NCBI GenBank assembly: GCA_018062825.1
Contig: JAGORL010000002.1
Span: 129,629 to 193,628 of the forward strand
DNA: 64,000 bases
Source of the DNA: Patescibacteria group bacterium
Lineage (GTDB): Bacteria > Patescibacteriota > Patescibacteriia > UBA9934
Direction of reading: 5' to 3'
Of this stretch, positions 8,791 through 18,862 are shown piece after piece (the stretch's first letter is position 1; the number at the start of each line of letters is the position of its first letter). Position numbers and translations under genes: made by a program. Under the pieces are notes generated by a model. The model searched no databases and was not told where the DNA came from. It saw only the letters and a program-made list of their open reading frames with translations.

Positions 8791-10314
8791 CTAGGAACGC
8801 CGTGATGACGCATTCTTGTTAGTCACATTAAAGCCAAGGTACTTACCGAACATGAAACGCGTTTGAGCATCAAGCGCCGGAAAAGCTCCGAACAAAATAA
8901 AGGTGATCGGTAAAAACATCCACTGCAACAACATCACAAACCACTGCACCCTACTTAATGAATTTGGCCGCGGTGGCAACATCATAAAGTTCAATGCGCC
9001 TGTTACAAAAACACCAAACGTCGCGCCGCGCATCATGAATTCCAAGGTATATGGGGAGTTAACCATGAGCGCACTTTGGGCATCGTGCGTAGTTAAAAAC
9101 GGCAAATAACCGAGAATAAAAATAAGAAGCGGCGCAGTAGCCCAAGTAAACATACCCTCAACATGATTGAAGATATACTTCGCTTTTACAAAAAAGGAGA
9201 TCTCTGGACGATTACGAAACTGACGAATCATGTACGGAAAGTGCTCAACGCCCCATGCCCATCGGCGCTGCTGCTTATAAAGCGCAACAAGACTTTGCAT
9301 ATATGTTCCCTCAGCAACCGTATCCATTGATACAGGCAAGAAAATAGGCACAACGCGGTACTTACCGTTGTAGTGCAAAAACGCCTGCATAAAAATACGA
9401 GAATCCTCACTCACCAGATCAGGCTCCCAGTAGCCAACGTCAACAAGCATGCGCCACGGCATGGAGTGACTAGAGAAAGTCCACAGTCGCTCTGGGCGAA
9501 CAAGTTCACCAAGAAGCCAGAACGTTGTACCAAAAGCCGTCACGCGAACAGGAATAGTAGCCGACCAAATGTTGTTAGAAAAAACCGTCACTGGCTGGAA
9601 AGAAGCGCGGGTTGGATTTGGAATCGTAAGGTACGTATGCGCCAACTTAGCAAAGTACTGCGGATGCGCCACGGTATCAACGTCAAATGCCGAAACGACA
9701 ATATCGTCATACGGGATCTGACGCTCATCAACAACCTTACGCACCTGCGACGCAACAAATTTAAGATTTGATCCCTTACCAGGAATCTCTCCTGGTAAAT
9801 CTTTAGGGTGCACGGTAAATAAAAGCTCCGCAAAAACACCAGAATACTTCTCTTCAAGAACCGCTTGGCACTTTTTAAAATGCTCCTGATCACGCTCCTC
9901 TCCGCCAAAAACCACAATCATCCTATCCTTCCGATACTTAGCCCGAATGAGCGCTTCGCACGCCTCCTCTAAAATCGACAGCTCTTCCTTGTACGTCGGT
10001 AAAAGGATCATGTGGTACACCCGCTCATAACCCGCAATCTTCTGCACCTCTTGCTCCCAATCAACGGAAATTGTACGTCTAAATTGCGAATATGCCGCAA
10101 TGACATGAATAACGAAATAAAAAACCCGCAACATCCAGTACAGGTCAAAAATAATGATGAAAACAATCGCTACTGCCGGAGCAAACAACGAAAGAATAAT
10201 GGCGCCAATAATAATCGACCAAGAAAAAAGCCCGGGGAGTATTTCGAGGAATCGAGACTGACCGTATTGTCCAAAACGTTGTGCCACACGCTTAGATATT
10301 TCGTCGTAATGCAT
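8791..10314 (-). CDS. Membrane-embedded processive GT2-family glycosyltransferase (cellulose/chitin-synthase-like) with a QxxRW motif.
   Basis: Multiple TM segments plus 'SAFDVDTVAHPQYF' and 'YKQQRRWAWG' (Q-x-x-R-W). The start is probably the internal Met MHYDEIS; the ORF track gives 8791..10458. Confidence 0.6.
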   Translation of the reverse strand: MHYDEISKRVAQRFGQYGQSRFLEILPGLFSWSIIIGAIILSLFAPAVAIVFIIIFDLYWMLRVFYFVIHVIAAYSQFRRTISVDWEQEVQKIAGYERVYHMILLPTYKEELSILEEACEALIRAKYRKDRMIVVFGGEERDQEHFKKCQAVLEEKYSGVFAELLFTVHPKDLPGEIPGKGSNLKFVASQVRKVVDERQIPYDDIVVSAFDVDTVAHPQYFAKLAHTYLTIPNPTRASFQPVTVFSNNIWSATIPVRVTAFGTTFWLLGELVRPERLWTFSSHSMPWRMLVDVGYWEPDLVSEDSRIFMQAFLHYNGKYRVVPIFLPVSMDTVAEGTYMQSLVALYKQQRRWAWGVEHFPYMIRQFRNRPEISFFVKAKYIFNHVEGMFTWATAPLLIFILGYLPFLTTHDAQSALMVNSPYTLEFMMRGATFGVFVTGALNFMMLPPRPNSLSRVQWFVMLLQWMFLPITFILFGAFPALDAQTRFMFGKYLGFNVTNKNASSRRS

Positions 10315-10720
10315 CTTTAGTGCCCTGCGTGATACGCGCCTCATGAGCATACACCGGAACCGCCACGCGTGTAGACCTGACCTCTGACTGAGTAAAAACA
10401 CCAGCATCAGCAAGAGTAGCCTCCTTCTCAATACTATATACAGGAATTGAGCGAGCAAAACTCAGAGCATTTACAAGTGCGTGTGCTGCTCGAAGCGCGG
10501 TAGCCGAGCCAGGTCCAGCAACAAGAACAAATCCTTGAAGCGAGGCAAGTGCAGTGCCTTGCGCCACTATATAGGCATCAATCGCCGATAAGTAGGCTTC
10601 AGGAGATACCGAAATAACTTCCGGGGTATGTGAAAATGACCAGCCCCCCGTGTCACTAACTGCGCAAAGGCCAAGAACCAAACGACCAATATCCTGACCG
10701 TTCACGTACAAAAAACTCAT
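10292..10720 (-). CDS. Short TsaB/YeaZ-like protein (t6A biosynthesis partner, inactive Kae1 paralogue).
   Basis: 'VLVAGPGSATALRAAHALVNALSFARSIPVYSIEKEA' matches the TsaB GPGSFTGLR region. Only 142 aa, so C-terminally minimal. Confidence 0.5.
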   Translation of the reverse strand: MSFLYVNGQDIGRLVLGLCAVSDTGGWSFSHTPEVISVSPEAYLSAIDAYIVAQGTALASLQGFVLVAGPGSATALRAAHALVNALSFARSIPVYSIEKEATLADAGVFTQSEVRSTRVAVPVYAHEARITQGTKDALRRNI

Positions 10721-11475
10721 ACCCCAGGCGCCTGGAACAAAATAATGCGCGGTCCAGCCAAAATAGCGTTCAAGAATCGATCACCAACATCTCGACGATA
10801 CATAAACTCCTCTAGAGGCATGAACGTGTAGTTAACCTCTCGACCAATCTCCTTCTCGTAAGCCAAAACCGCTTCCTGAACCTTCGCAAGAGAAAGTGTG
10901 CCAATGATAAGAACATCAGTCGGCACCTCGTGGTTATCCGTAAAACGACCGGTCAAAACAAGTAGGTGCAGCTGCTTGGTTTTCTTAAGCTCATCAAGGA
11001 GCGCTCGATTCATCAAAACACCGACCTTCTTCATGACGCCCTTAAGCTCCTCATAAATAGGAAACTCCAGGTTAGCCTTATAGTATTTACGCTTTTCGGT
11101 CTTCTCTACCTCTTCATCGTCATCTTCATTAACCACTGCCTCCACCTCAAGAACAACCCCAATATCAACAAGATTTTTAAGCTCACGACGCACCGAGTTA
11201 AGCTGTGCATCAACGCGTCGAGCTACTTCACGTACATAATAGGCTCGATCTGAATTTTCCAAAAAAAGCCCAAGCAAGCGAGCACGCGTACGAGATCCAA
11301 AAAGCTGCTCAATTTGAAAGACTTCGTCCTCGGTTGGCGTAACTGTTTTTTTAACTTTTGGTCTAACGTCAGCCTCAATTTCGTCCTCAGCTTCAGGAAG
11401 ATCAAGCTCAACCGACACAACTGGTAGTTGCGTTTCTTCTGACGGATTTGTGGACAACGGCGTTGGGGTATCCAT
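10717..11475 (-). CDS. Hypothetical protein with an acidic N-terminus and a probable winged-helix DNA-binding domain.
   Basis: 'ARLLGLFLENSDRAYYVREVARRVDAQLNSVRRELKNLVDIGVV' is wHTH-like. Confidence 0.4.
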   Translation of the reverse strand: MDTPTPLSTNPSEETQLPVVSVELDLPEAEDEIEADVRPKVKKTVTPTEDEVFQIEQLFGSRTRARLLGLFLENSDRAYYVREVARRVDAQLNSVRRELKNLVDIGVVLEVEAVVNEDDDEEVEKTEKRKYYKANLEFPIYEELKGVMKKVGVLMNRALLDELKKTKQLHLLVLTGRFTDNHEVPTDVLIIGTLSLAKVQEAVLAYEKEIGREVNYTFMPLEEFMYRRDVGDRFLNAILAGPRIILFQAPGV

Positions 11476-11525
11476 ACAACAGTCAATTTAGGTATACTGT
11501 ACTTAGGAAATGCGTCGCTGACAAC

Positions 11526-13694
11526 ATGGAAACAAAAATATTCCCCATCAAAGCTGCTGACCTCGTCATGAGCCCGCCAAGAAGCGAGCAAGGTATTCGA
11601 GGTATTTTGCACCAACTCGCCAAGGGGCGCGGGTATGTTTTTGGTCTGGCTCAGATAGACCACAAGGATGATATCGCACGTGAACGACTCCTGCACATCA
11701 TCGGTAGCCACCTTGAACACCTAGCCACCGATCTTACCGGCGAAAGCAATCCCGTACGCCGTTTTGAACAAACTCTAGAACGGCTCAATGCTGACATCGG
11801 ACGCGTAGGACAAGAAATCTCGCTACGCACAGACCGCTTTCACGCCGTTGTCGGTGTCATGGTGCGTAACCAAATATTTCTCTCTGGCCTTGGCGATCTC
11901 GTGGCTCTTTACCTACATAAAACAGGAGAGCGAAAATACAGCGTGTATGAACTACACGCGCAACTAAAACCGGAAGATACAACCACTTGGGAAAAACCTT
12001 TCTCAGCCGTGCTTGATGGCGAACTGCATCCAGGCGATCTTTTTTACGTTGCCACCCGCATTCCCCCACACGCAATGAGCGGTAGCGAACTGCAAGAAAC
12101 CCTCATCACCCTTCCACCCGCTGGCGCACTCCAGCGCTTGCGTCAGTTTCTCCCCGCCACAAGCGCCTATGCCGGCATTTGCGCACAAGTTGGTGAAGAA
12201 GAACGAGTAACTATCCTCAAAACCACCAACTCGATCGGATCAGTAAATGAACTCAAAGCCTCCCAAGAACGCACAGCTGCCTATCTTGGCGATCACGAAT
12301 CCGAGGTCGCTTCCACAATCAAAAATCTTACAGCTAGCGTATCCTCCAAACTTTCCATGCCAGGCGCGCGAGACGTAGGCGCCACTGCCAAAAAAGTTCT
12401 TGGTCTACTTATTAAAATTAGTGGCATTGTCGCCGCCACGCTAGTAAAAGCCGGACAAGCTGCCGGAAAAGGTATAAAAAGCCTCGTAGAACGCTTCTCC
12501 TCTCGAGGAACAAGGCGCAACACCAGGGAACGCGGCAATGGACTAAAACAAACTTTCAAATTTTCACTGGAAGATCTTGGCAATCCAAAGAAAGTGATTA
12601 TTTTAAGCTTATTGCTCATTGCGGTCATTGCTAGCGGCATGCTTTTCTTAAACTCACGCGGTAAAAAAGAATCACCGGATACCGTCGTCTTCGCCGATAC
12701 CGTAAAAGCGATCGAAGATAAAACGCTCGCGGCTGAAGCAAGTCTGATTTACAAAAACACGGTCACCGCTCGCGCTGCAGTGAATGAAGCGCTAACCGCC
12801 CTTGCCACCCTAAACCCAACCACTAGCGAACAACAACGAATCTTCGACGACCTCAAAACACGCCTAAGCGATCTGCAAGCAAAAATCCGCGGATTCACCG
12901 CTGTAAAACCAACTATACTCGCAACAATGCCGGCCTCAGAAGGAAACGCCAAGATAACTTCCGCGGTTTACAACGGAACAACTCTCTACGTCTTTGCGGA
13001 TAACCTTTCCCTTTATCGCTATAACGGCCTAGAAAAGCAATTGGTAAAAGAGCCAGCCGTTGTCGGAAGTATTTCACGCATCACTGATGCTACTGCAGAA
13101 AGCGCAAACGGCATCTTCCTTGATGCTGCTCAACGCCTTGGCCGAGCAGATTTTGCAAAGCTAACCGTTAATCCAATCGCAAGCGGTGCAGAAAACATGG
13201 CAAGCACAGAAGACGTCGCACTCTACGCCGGGAACGCCTACGTACTAACCGCAGCCGGCAAGCAGATCGTAAAAATGCGACCGCAGGGCGAGGGCTTTGA
13301 AGCAGGCACAGCCTGGATCACCACCGCAAATAGCGATCTAAGTACCGCACGCTCTTTCGCAATTGATGGCGATATCTACATCCTCACCGCTAATGCCGTT
13401 GTCCGCTTCCGCTCAGGCAAAGAGCAGCCATGGCCATATGCCCCAATCGATCCACCACTTACCGGCGCCACGGACATCTGGACAGACGCTGTAAGCCAAT
13501 ACGTCTACATCCTCGATCCAATCGAAGGCCGCGTACTAGCCTTTGTTAAAGAAACCGGATCACTCGTAGCGCAGTACACAGATGACTCATTCAAAGGCGC
13601 ACTCGCCATGATCATAGACGAACCAGGAAATCGCATAGTACTCACCACCGAATCAGCCATCCTGGAATTCACGCCCGATCACCTCATTGAGTAA
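11526..13694 (+). CDS. Large hypothetical membrane protein: cytoplasmic N-domain, one central TM helix, extracellular C-domain.
   Basis: ORF 11448..13694 trimmed to METKIF to avoid a head-on overlap with 10717..11475. TM segment 'VIILSLLLIAVIASGMLFL'. Confidence 0.5.
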   Translation: METKIFPIKAADLVMSPPRSEQGIRGILHQLAKGRGYVFGLAQIDHKDDIARERLLHIIGSHLEHLATDLTGESNPVRRFEQTLERLNADIGRVGQEISLRTDRFHAVVGVMVRNQIFLSGLGDLVALYLHKTGERKYSVYELHAQLKPEDTTTWEKPFSAVLDGELHPGDLFYVATRIPPHAMSGSELQETLITLPPAGALQRLRQFLPATSAYAGICAQVGEEERVTILKTTNSIGSVNELKASQERTAAYLGDHESEVASTIKNLTASVSSKLSMPGARDVGATAKKVLGLLIKISGIVAATLVKAGQAAGKGIKSLVERFSSRGTRRNTRERGNGLKQTFKFSLEDLGNPKKVIILSLLLIAVIASGMLFLNSRGKKESPDTVVFADTVKAIEDKTLAAEASLIYKNTVTARAAVNEALTALATLNPTTSEQQRIFDDLKTRLSDLQAKIRGFTAVKPTILATMPASEGNAKITSAVYNGTTLYVFADNLSLYRYNGLEKQLVKEPAVVGSISRITDATAESANGIFLDAAQRLGRADFAKLTVNPIASGAENMASTEDVALYAGNAYVLTAAGKQIVKMRPQGEGFEAGTAWITTANSDLSTARSFAIDGDIYILTANAVVRFRSGKEQPWPYAPIDPPLTGATDIWTDAVSQYVYILDPIEGRVLAFVKETGSLVAQYTDDSFKGALAMIIDEPGNRIVLTTESAILEFTPDHLIE

Positions 13695-13695
13695 A

Positions 13696-13731
13696 ACAAA
13701 AAACTACCCGATTGCTCGGGTAGTTTTTTTT
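13696..13731. terminator. Bidirectional rho-independent terminator between the + strand ORF and rplL.
   Basis: aaaacaaaaaa-ctacccgattgctcgggtag-tttttttt. Confidence 0.8.
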
Positions 13732-13743
13732 ACTGAAGGGTGA

Positions 13744-14148
13744 TTACTTAAGGTTTACCTTACCACCAGCCTCTTCAATCTTCTTCTTCATCTCCTCAGC
13801 CTCAGCCTTGGCGACGTTCTCCTTTACAGCCTTTGGAGCTGCATCAACGATGTCCTTAGCCTCTTTAAGGCCAAGACCTGTAACCTCACGAACGATCTTG
13901 ATCACGTTGATCTTGTTGTCGCCAGCGGCGGCCAACTCAACAGTGAAAGAGCTCTTCTCCTCTACAGCGGCAGCACCGCCAGCAGCTGGAGCAGCCATCA
14001 TCATGGCAGGAGCAGCAGCAGAAACGCCGAACTTGTCCTCAAGGAGCTTAACAAGCTCAGCAAGATCAAGAACGGTCATCTTCTCAATGGACTCTACGAG
14101 ATCCTTGAACTTAGCAGGAACCTCTACATTCTTCATTTCGTCGGACAT
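13744..14148 (-). CDS. rplL: 50S ribosomal protein bL12 (L7/L12).
   Basis: '[22 protein letters not shown]...' with an Ala-rich hinge and the conserved C-terminal domain. Confidence 0.95.
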   Translation of the reverse strand: MSDEMKNVEVPAKFKDLVESIEKMTVLDLAELVKLLEDKFGVSAAAPAMMMAAPAAGGAAAVEEKSSFTVELAAAGDNKINVIKIVREVTGLGLKEAKDIVDAAPKAVKENVAKAEAEEMKKKIEEAGGKVNLK

Positions 14149-14172
14149 ACCTTGTGATTAACGTGGTACTAA

Positions 14173-14697
14173 TTAAACTTTCTTCTCCTCAATGGCCTTG
14201 AGCACCGTTACAAGACCGCGGAGATTACCTGCAAGCACATTAACGAATCCAGAGATTGGCGCGTTAAGCGTACCAACAAGCTGACCAAGAAGTTGCTGTT
14301 TGGTTGGTAGCGCAGCGAGGTGGGTAACCTCAGCAGTACCAATCAACTTCCCTTCGAGTACACCGGCAATAAGCTTGATGGATTCCTTCTCTTTCGAGAG
14401 ATCCTTCAACAAGCGAGCGGCGGCCACTTCATCACCATAACCAACTGCTGTAAGGATAGAACCCTCAAAGCCCTGGCTTGTAACACCCTCGATACCAGCC
14501 TCTTTCGCGGCAAGTACAAGTAATGTCTTTTTGGCAACGAAGACCTCGACGTTTGCTTCTGCTGCTTTAGAGCGAAGCTTATCTGCATCTTCCATGGTGT
14601 AGTTAGCAACCTGGGAGAATGCAGCACCCTTCATGCGCTTCAACCGATCCGCCAATTTCGTGACGATCTCAGCTTTTTGCGCTCGAGTCTTTGCCAT
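14173..14697 (-). CDS. rplJ: 50S ribosomal protein uL10.
   Basis: MAKTRAQKAEIVTKLADRLKRMKGAAF... is the L10 N-terminus. Located immediately upstream of rplL. Confidence 0.9.
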   Translation of the reverse strand: MAKTRAQKAEIVTKLADRLKRMKGAAFSQVANYTMEDADKLRSKAAEANVEVFVAKKTLLVLAAKEAGIEGVTSQGFEGSILTAVGYGDEVAAARLLKDLSKEKESIKLIAGVLEGKLIGTAEVTHLAALPTKQQLLGQLVGTLNAPISGFVNVLAGNLRGLVTVLKAIEEKKV

Positions 14698-14895
14698 ACG
14701 TCGTGACCTTTAATAAAGAAACAGCCCAACGAGGGGCCGCATGTGGAAGGAAAACGCCAGAAATGGCGCTTTCTGATTTCCTCGACAGGACTTCTGATTT
14801 TTGGCGAATATTCGCCAAAGACCGGCCTGTTGTCTGCGGATCTCGTAAGCTGACGGTAGAGTAACGAAAAGCGCGGTAGCCGTCAAGCTCACCGC
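14698..14895 (-). promoter_or_regulatory. rplJ 5' leader, a candidate L10 autoregulatory leader, with a TTGACG-N17-TACTCT promoter at its upstream end.
   Basis: About 200-nt untranslated region before rplJ. The minus strand reads ...gagcTTGACGgctaccgcgcttttcgtTACTCT.... The leader assignment is by position only. Confidence 0.35.
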
Positions 14896-14930
14896 GCCCT
14901 ATTCCCTAATGCCATAACCCCTATTCCCTA
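14896..14930. repeat. Two CTATTCCCTA direct repeats, the flank-type motif of the dispersed repeat family without a core.
   Basis: ctattcccta at 14899-14908 and 14921-14930. The second copy supplies the TAG stop (minus strand) of 14928..16010. Confidence 0.55.
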
Positions 14931-16010
14931 CAGCTGCACCCTCGCGTTATCCCCTACGATCAGCTCATGACCACGCGGCAAGGCGCTCGGCATTTTCTCA
15001 ATAAGCGCATTCTTACCAATGAGCGCATTTGCCAATCGGCACGCACCACGAATTGTGGCGCCTGCAAAAATAAGCGACTGCTCAACATCAGCTCCATCAA
15101 TAATAGTGCCGTCACCAACACTTGTATAAGGACCAACGTAACAGCTCTTCAAAACACAGTTTTCACCAATAGCAACAGGCCCACGAATCACAACATCCTT
15201 ACCAATAATAGTTCCCTTGCCAACACTAACCTCGCCACGTAAAACAGCACCCTCTTCAACCATCCCATCAATACGAATCTGCCAATGCGGACGCTCGTTC
15301 AGTAGCAAGGAATTGCCTTCCAAAAGATCAGTTGGCGTTCCAGTATCTTTCCACCAACCGGTAATTTCTTCATAGCCAACAACAGCGCCAGCATCAATGA
15401 GCCATGAGTGTACATCAGAAATCTCATATTCTCCCCGCGGCGAAGGCTGTATTGCTTCAACAGCATCAAACACGCGCGTTGAATAAAGATAGATACCAGT
15501 AACAGCAAAATCTGACGGCGGTACTTCCGGCTTCTCAATAACTTTAGTGATGCGGCCATTCTCAAGAACCGGTACCCCGAAACGCTGTGGATCCTTTACA
15601 CGCGATAGCGCAAGAAGCGCATCCATCTTGCCAGACTCAAATCGCTCAACAAAACGACGCAAACTACCAAGAATAATATTGTCCCCTAGATAGAAAAGAA
15701 AAGGCTCGTTACCAAGAAATCCTTTGGCATTCTTAATAATATGCGCTAACCCAAGCGGGCCACCCGCCTGCTCCAAATACGTAATTCTGGCGCCAAACTT
15801 GGAACCATCGCCAAAAGCAGCCTGAATCTCGCGCTCGCCAACGTTTACATTGATACCGATCTCGGTAATACCGGCGTCGACCAGCTTCTCAATGGCGTGC
15901 GCTAACATTGGCTTATTCGCAAGAGGAATAAGATGCTTATTAATTGTCCAAGTAATTGGGCGTAAACGCGTTGCGCGTCCACCAGCTGTCAAAAGCGCCT
16001 TCATAGCCAA
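14928..16010 (-). CDS. Sugar-1-phosphate nucleotidylyltransferase (RmlA/G1P-thymidylyltransferase-like) with a C-terminal left-handed beta-helix.
   Basis: N-terminal 'LLTAGGRATRLRPIT...KHLIPLANKPM' G-x-G-T-R-L motif. C-terminal hexapeptide repeats. Confidence 0.75.
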   Translation of the reverse strand: MAMKALLTAGGRATRLRPITWTINKHLIPLANKPMLAHAIEKLVDAGITEIGINVNVGEREIQAAFGDGSKFGARITYLEQAGGPLGLAHIIKNAKGFLGNEPFLFYLGDNIILGSLRRFVERFESGKMDALLALSRVKDPQRFGVPVLENGRITKVIEKPEVPPSDFAVTGIYLYSTRVFDAVEAIQPSPRGEYEISDVHSWLIDAGAVVGYEEITGWWKDTGTPTDLLEGNSLLLNERPHWQIRIDGMVEEGAVLRGEVSVGKGTIIGKDVVIRGPVAIGENCVLKSCYVGPYTSVGDGTIIDGADVEQSLIFAGATIRGACRLANALIGKNALIEKMPSALPRGHELIVGDNARVQL

Positions 16011-16070
16011 GAGACCTTACGTAATTGAGCCAACCTTCGTCAAGATCACCGCCCTTAAACAAGACCTAGG

Positions 16071-16140
16071 CCATTCCCTACTCTCCAGCCCCAACGAAGC
16101 CCGAAGGGCAAAGTGGGCCTACTCCTTATTCTCTCCTCGC
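16071..16140. repeat. Dispersed structured repeat, copy B. Core 16086-16119 has a variant stem gccc-gaa-gggc.
   Basis: cagccccaacgaagcccgaagggcaaagtgggcc with ccattccctactctc and ctactccttattctc flanks. Overlaps the stop of 16119..16976. Confidence 0.7.
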
Positions 16141-16976
16141 TTCAAAGCCGCGTACTTCTGCATCGTGTCCCGGAGGGCCTCATTCGCTGGTCGCATGGCA
16201 ATATCAAACTCCGCTAGACGCTCAGAAGCAAGGAAATTGTTTGATCGCAATTTAGTCGCCAATCCCTCTTCAACAAGCTGTTCAGCCGTAATCCACTCAT
16301 TCGTATGAGCTGGATCAACCAGCTCCTCATACATCGCAATAATCTCACGGTGCTTCACTGTGCCCGGATTTGTTACATGAAAAATTCCGGTCGCCTTCTT
16401 CTCAAGAAGCTGTCTAAAAACCTGCACCATGTCGTCCACAATCGTGACGCTATTCTCAACATCAATGACCTTCGGATAACGAGCGAGCTTATCAATAAGA
16501 TTTGCCGGACCAGGGGTGTAATCAATAGGCATGCGAATGCGTGCAATACCCACATGCGGGAGCGTAGACAAAACCAGATCAGCCGCCCATTTTGAACGAG
16601 AATATGTTGGAAGCGGATTACCGAAATCATGTTCACGCCACGCCTTATCCGGATGAGCAGAGTCACCGTAATAAATACAACCAGACCCGATGTGCAAAAG
16701 ATAAACCCCTGCCTCAGATGTAGCCTGCGCTAAATAGATCGGCAAAACTGCATTTCCAACAACCGTCTTCATACGATTCTCAGAAATGTCACACCAATCC
16801 ACGTTCGGCTTACCAGTAACTCCGGCAGCGTTTAAAACAACATCCGGTTTATGCTCAGCTAAAACTCGACGCGCATCTTCCAGCGTTTCAATCTTTTGCG
16901 CAGCAACAACCGCATCAGGCCAGGCCTTTGCCACCCTGTCACCAACCATGCCGCGACCAATAATTAAAATTTTCAT
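16119..16976 (-). CDS. NAD(P)-dependent reductase of the RmlD (dTDP-4-dehydrorhamnose reductase) family.
   Basis: MKILIIGRGMVG Rossmann motif and a YSRSK (YxxxK) catalytic motif. The start was trimmed to MKILIIG. Confidence 0.6.
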   Translation of the reverse strand: MKILIIGRGMVGDRVAKAWPDAVVAAQKIETLEDARRVLAEHKPDVVLNAAGVTGKPNVDWCDISENRMKTVVGNAVLPIYLAQATSEAGVYLLHIGSGCIYYGDSAHPDKAWREHDFGNPLPTYSRSKWAADLVLSTLPHVGIARIRMPIDYTPGPANLIDKLARYPKVIDVENSVTIVDDMVQVFRQLLEKKATGIFHVTNPGTVKHREIIAMYEELVDPAHTNEWITAEQLVEEGLATKLRSNNFLASERLAEFDIAMRPANEALRDTMQKYAALKRGENKE

Positions 16977-16978
16977 AG

Positions 16979-17995
16979 TTAGGTTGTAATGTGATGATTG
17001 GCACCATTTGCACGCTCTACTGCCCGCTTTGCCCAATCTTGATTCGCCTCAAACCAAGCAATCGTTTCCTGAAGTCCCTTCTCAAATTGCTCAGCACCAT
17101 ACTTTGGCTGCCAGCCGAGATCGTTACGAATCTTTTCAGAAGAAATCGCGTAACGTCGATCATGACCCGGACGATCCGTCACAAACGTCAGAAGCGTTTC
17201 AGGCTTACCAAGAAGCTTTAAAATCATCTTTGCTACATCAATATTCGCGCGTTCATTATCTGCTCCGATGTTATAAGTCTCACCAATCACGCCCCGCTCA
17301 ACAGCAGCAAGAATACCTGCACAATGATCATCAACATGCAGCCAATCGCGCACATACTTACCATCACCATAAAGTGGCAACGACTGATCTTGCATTGCTC
17401 GCATGATAAAAAATGGGATCAACTTCTCTGGGAAGTGCCATGGACCGTAATTATTAGCCGCATGCGTTACAACGAGAGGCACGCCGAATGTCTTGACATA
17501 CGATCGACCCAAAAGATCACCGCCTGCTTTACTTGCTGCATAAGGTGAATTAGGCGCAAATGCTGTTTCCTCGGTAAATGGCGTACCACTTTCTAAAGGC
17601 AGGGCACCATACACTTCATCTGTTGAAACATGCACCATACGTGGCACGCCACCTTTGCGCACTGCCTCTAATAGCGCATGCACGCCCCCAACGTTAGTGT
17701 GAATAAACGCTGCTGCTCCATCATGAATAGAGCGATCAACATGTGTCTCGGCCGCAAAGTTAACAACAACGTCTGGTCGGTGCTGACTAAAAAGCGCTTC
17801 TAACTTTTTCTGATCAGCAATATCGCCCTGCACAAAAGTATGCCGAGGGTCATGAGCAAATTCCGCCAAATTATCTGGGTTACCGGCGTAGGTGAGCAAA
17901 TCATAACTAACAACATGCCACTGTGGACGTTCACGGAAAATATGACGAACAAAGTTCGAACCAATAAAACCAGCGGAGCCTGTTACAAAAATCTT
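16979..17995 (-). CDS. rfbB: dTDP-glucose 4,6-dehydratase.
   Basis: MKIFVTGSAGFIGSNFVRH...YDLLTYAGN. Strong RmlB signature along the full length. Confidence 0.85.
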   Translation of the reverse strand, partial: KIFVTGSAGFIGSNFVRHIFRERPQWHVVSYDLLTYAGNPDNLAEFAHDPRHTFVQGDIADQKKLEALFSQHRPDVVVNFAAETHVDRSIHDGAAAFIHTNVGGVHALLEAVRKGGVPRMVHVSTDEVYGALPLESGTPFTEETAFAPNSPYAASKAGGDLLGRSYVKTFGVPLVVTHAANNYGPWHFPEKLIPFFIMRAMQDQSLPLYGDGKYVRDWLHVDDHCAGILAAVERGVIGETYNIGADNERANIDVAKMILKLLGKPETLLTFVTDRPGHDRRYAISSEKIRNDLGWQPKYGAEQFEKGLQETIAWFEANQDWAKRAVERANGANHHITT

Positions 17996-17999
17996 CATA

Positions 18000-18440
18000 T
18001 TATTCATGATAAATTGCAAACGATTCACCGCGAGCACGCGCTTGAAGCACTAGTGGAACATTGTCGATAGCCGCTTCAGGCAGCGCATCAATTGAGTACC
18101 AATTTAAATCGTCACACTTCTCGGGCTCCATGTTGCACAGATCCCCACTAAACTTCTTGACGCTAAAGTACGTATCAAGTCGATCACCATCAGAAGCAAA
18201 CGGACGATGAATAAGAAAAGCAAAATCCAAATCGTTTGGATCAATAGTGATCCCAAGTTCTTCATGCGCCTCACGAGCTGCCGCTTGCTTTATATCTTCA
18301 CCGCCGTCATGGTGGCCAGCTGGAAAACCATACATACCATCCATGTACCCAGTATTTGCCCGACGCATGAGAAGAATCTTCCCATCACGCTCAATGAGCA
18401 AATAAACAGCAACGATAACCTTGAAACGTTCTTTTGCCAT
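18000..18440 (-). CDS. NUDIX hydrolase.
   Basis: Nudix box 'GFPAGHHDGGEDIKQAAAREAHEELGI'. Confidence 0.8.
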   Translation of the reverse strand: MAKERFKVIVAVYLLIERDGKILLMRRANTGYMDGMYGFPAGHHDGGEDIKQAAAREAHEELGITIDPNDLDFAFLIHRPFASDGDRLDTYFSVKKFSGDLCNMEPEKCDDLNWYSIDALPEAAIDNVPLVLQARARGESFAIYHE

Positions 18441-18442
18441 AT

Positions 18443-18853
18443 CTATGCAAGAAGTGAGGTGATTTTTTCAGCAACTTGAGCAATAACCTCAGGAGTTGGA
18501 TGTGTCTTTGCAAACGATCGCGGTTCACCATCTTTGCGCGGCATAATGTGAACATGCGTATGCATCACCTCTTGGCCGGCAACCACCCCATGATTCATGC
18601 CCAGGTTATAACCAGCAGCCCCAACCGCCTCCATGATCTTGGGCGCCAAGTAATGAACGGCTTTCATGATCGCCTCCGCAGAAGCGGCACTGCCAGCAGA
18701 CAAATTATCTGCGTGCTCTTTAGGAATAACAAGCGCATGCCCCTCACTTACCGGACCAATATCAAGAAACGCTAAAACATGCTCATTCTCATAAATAATG
18801 CCTGCGGGAATCTCACGAGCAATAATGCGACAAAATAAACAGGTAGAAGCCAT
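18443..18853 (-). CDS. HIT-family (histidine triad) protein.
   Basis: HTHVHIMPR histidine-triad motif. Confidence 0.85.
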   Translation of the reverse strand: MASTCLFCRIIAREIPAGIIYENEHVLAFLDIGPVSEGHALVIPKEHADNLSAGSAASAEAIMKAVHYLAPKIMEAVGAAGYNLGMNHGVVAGQEVMHTHVHIMPRKDGEPRSFAKTHPTPEVIAQVAEKITSLLA

Positions 18854-18862
18854 ATTGAACGT

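Noticed and set aside
11448-11525. Use of the 11448 start for the 748-aa + strand ORF, overlapping the divergent 10717..11475 gene by 28 nt.
   Set aside because: Head-to-head coding overlap is implausible. The in-frame Met at 11526 (METKIF...) leaves a 50-nt divergent promoter region and is preferred.
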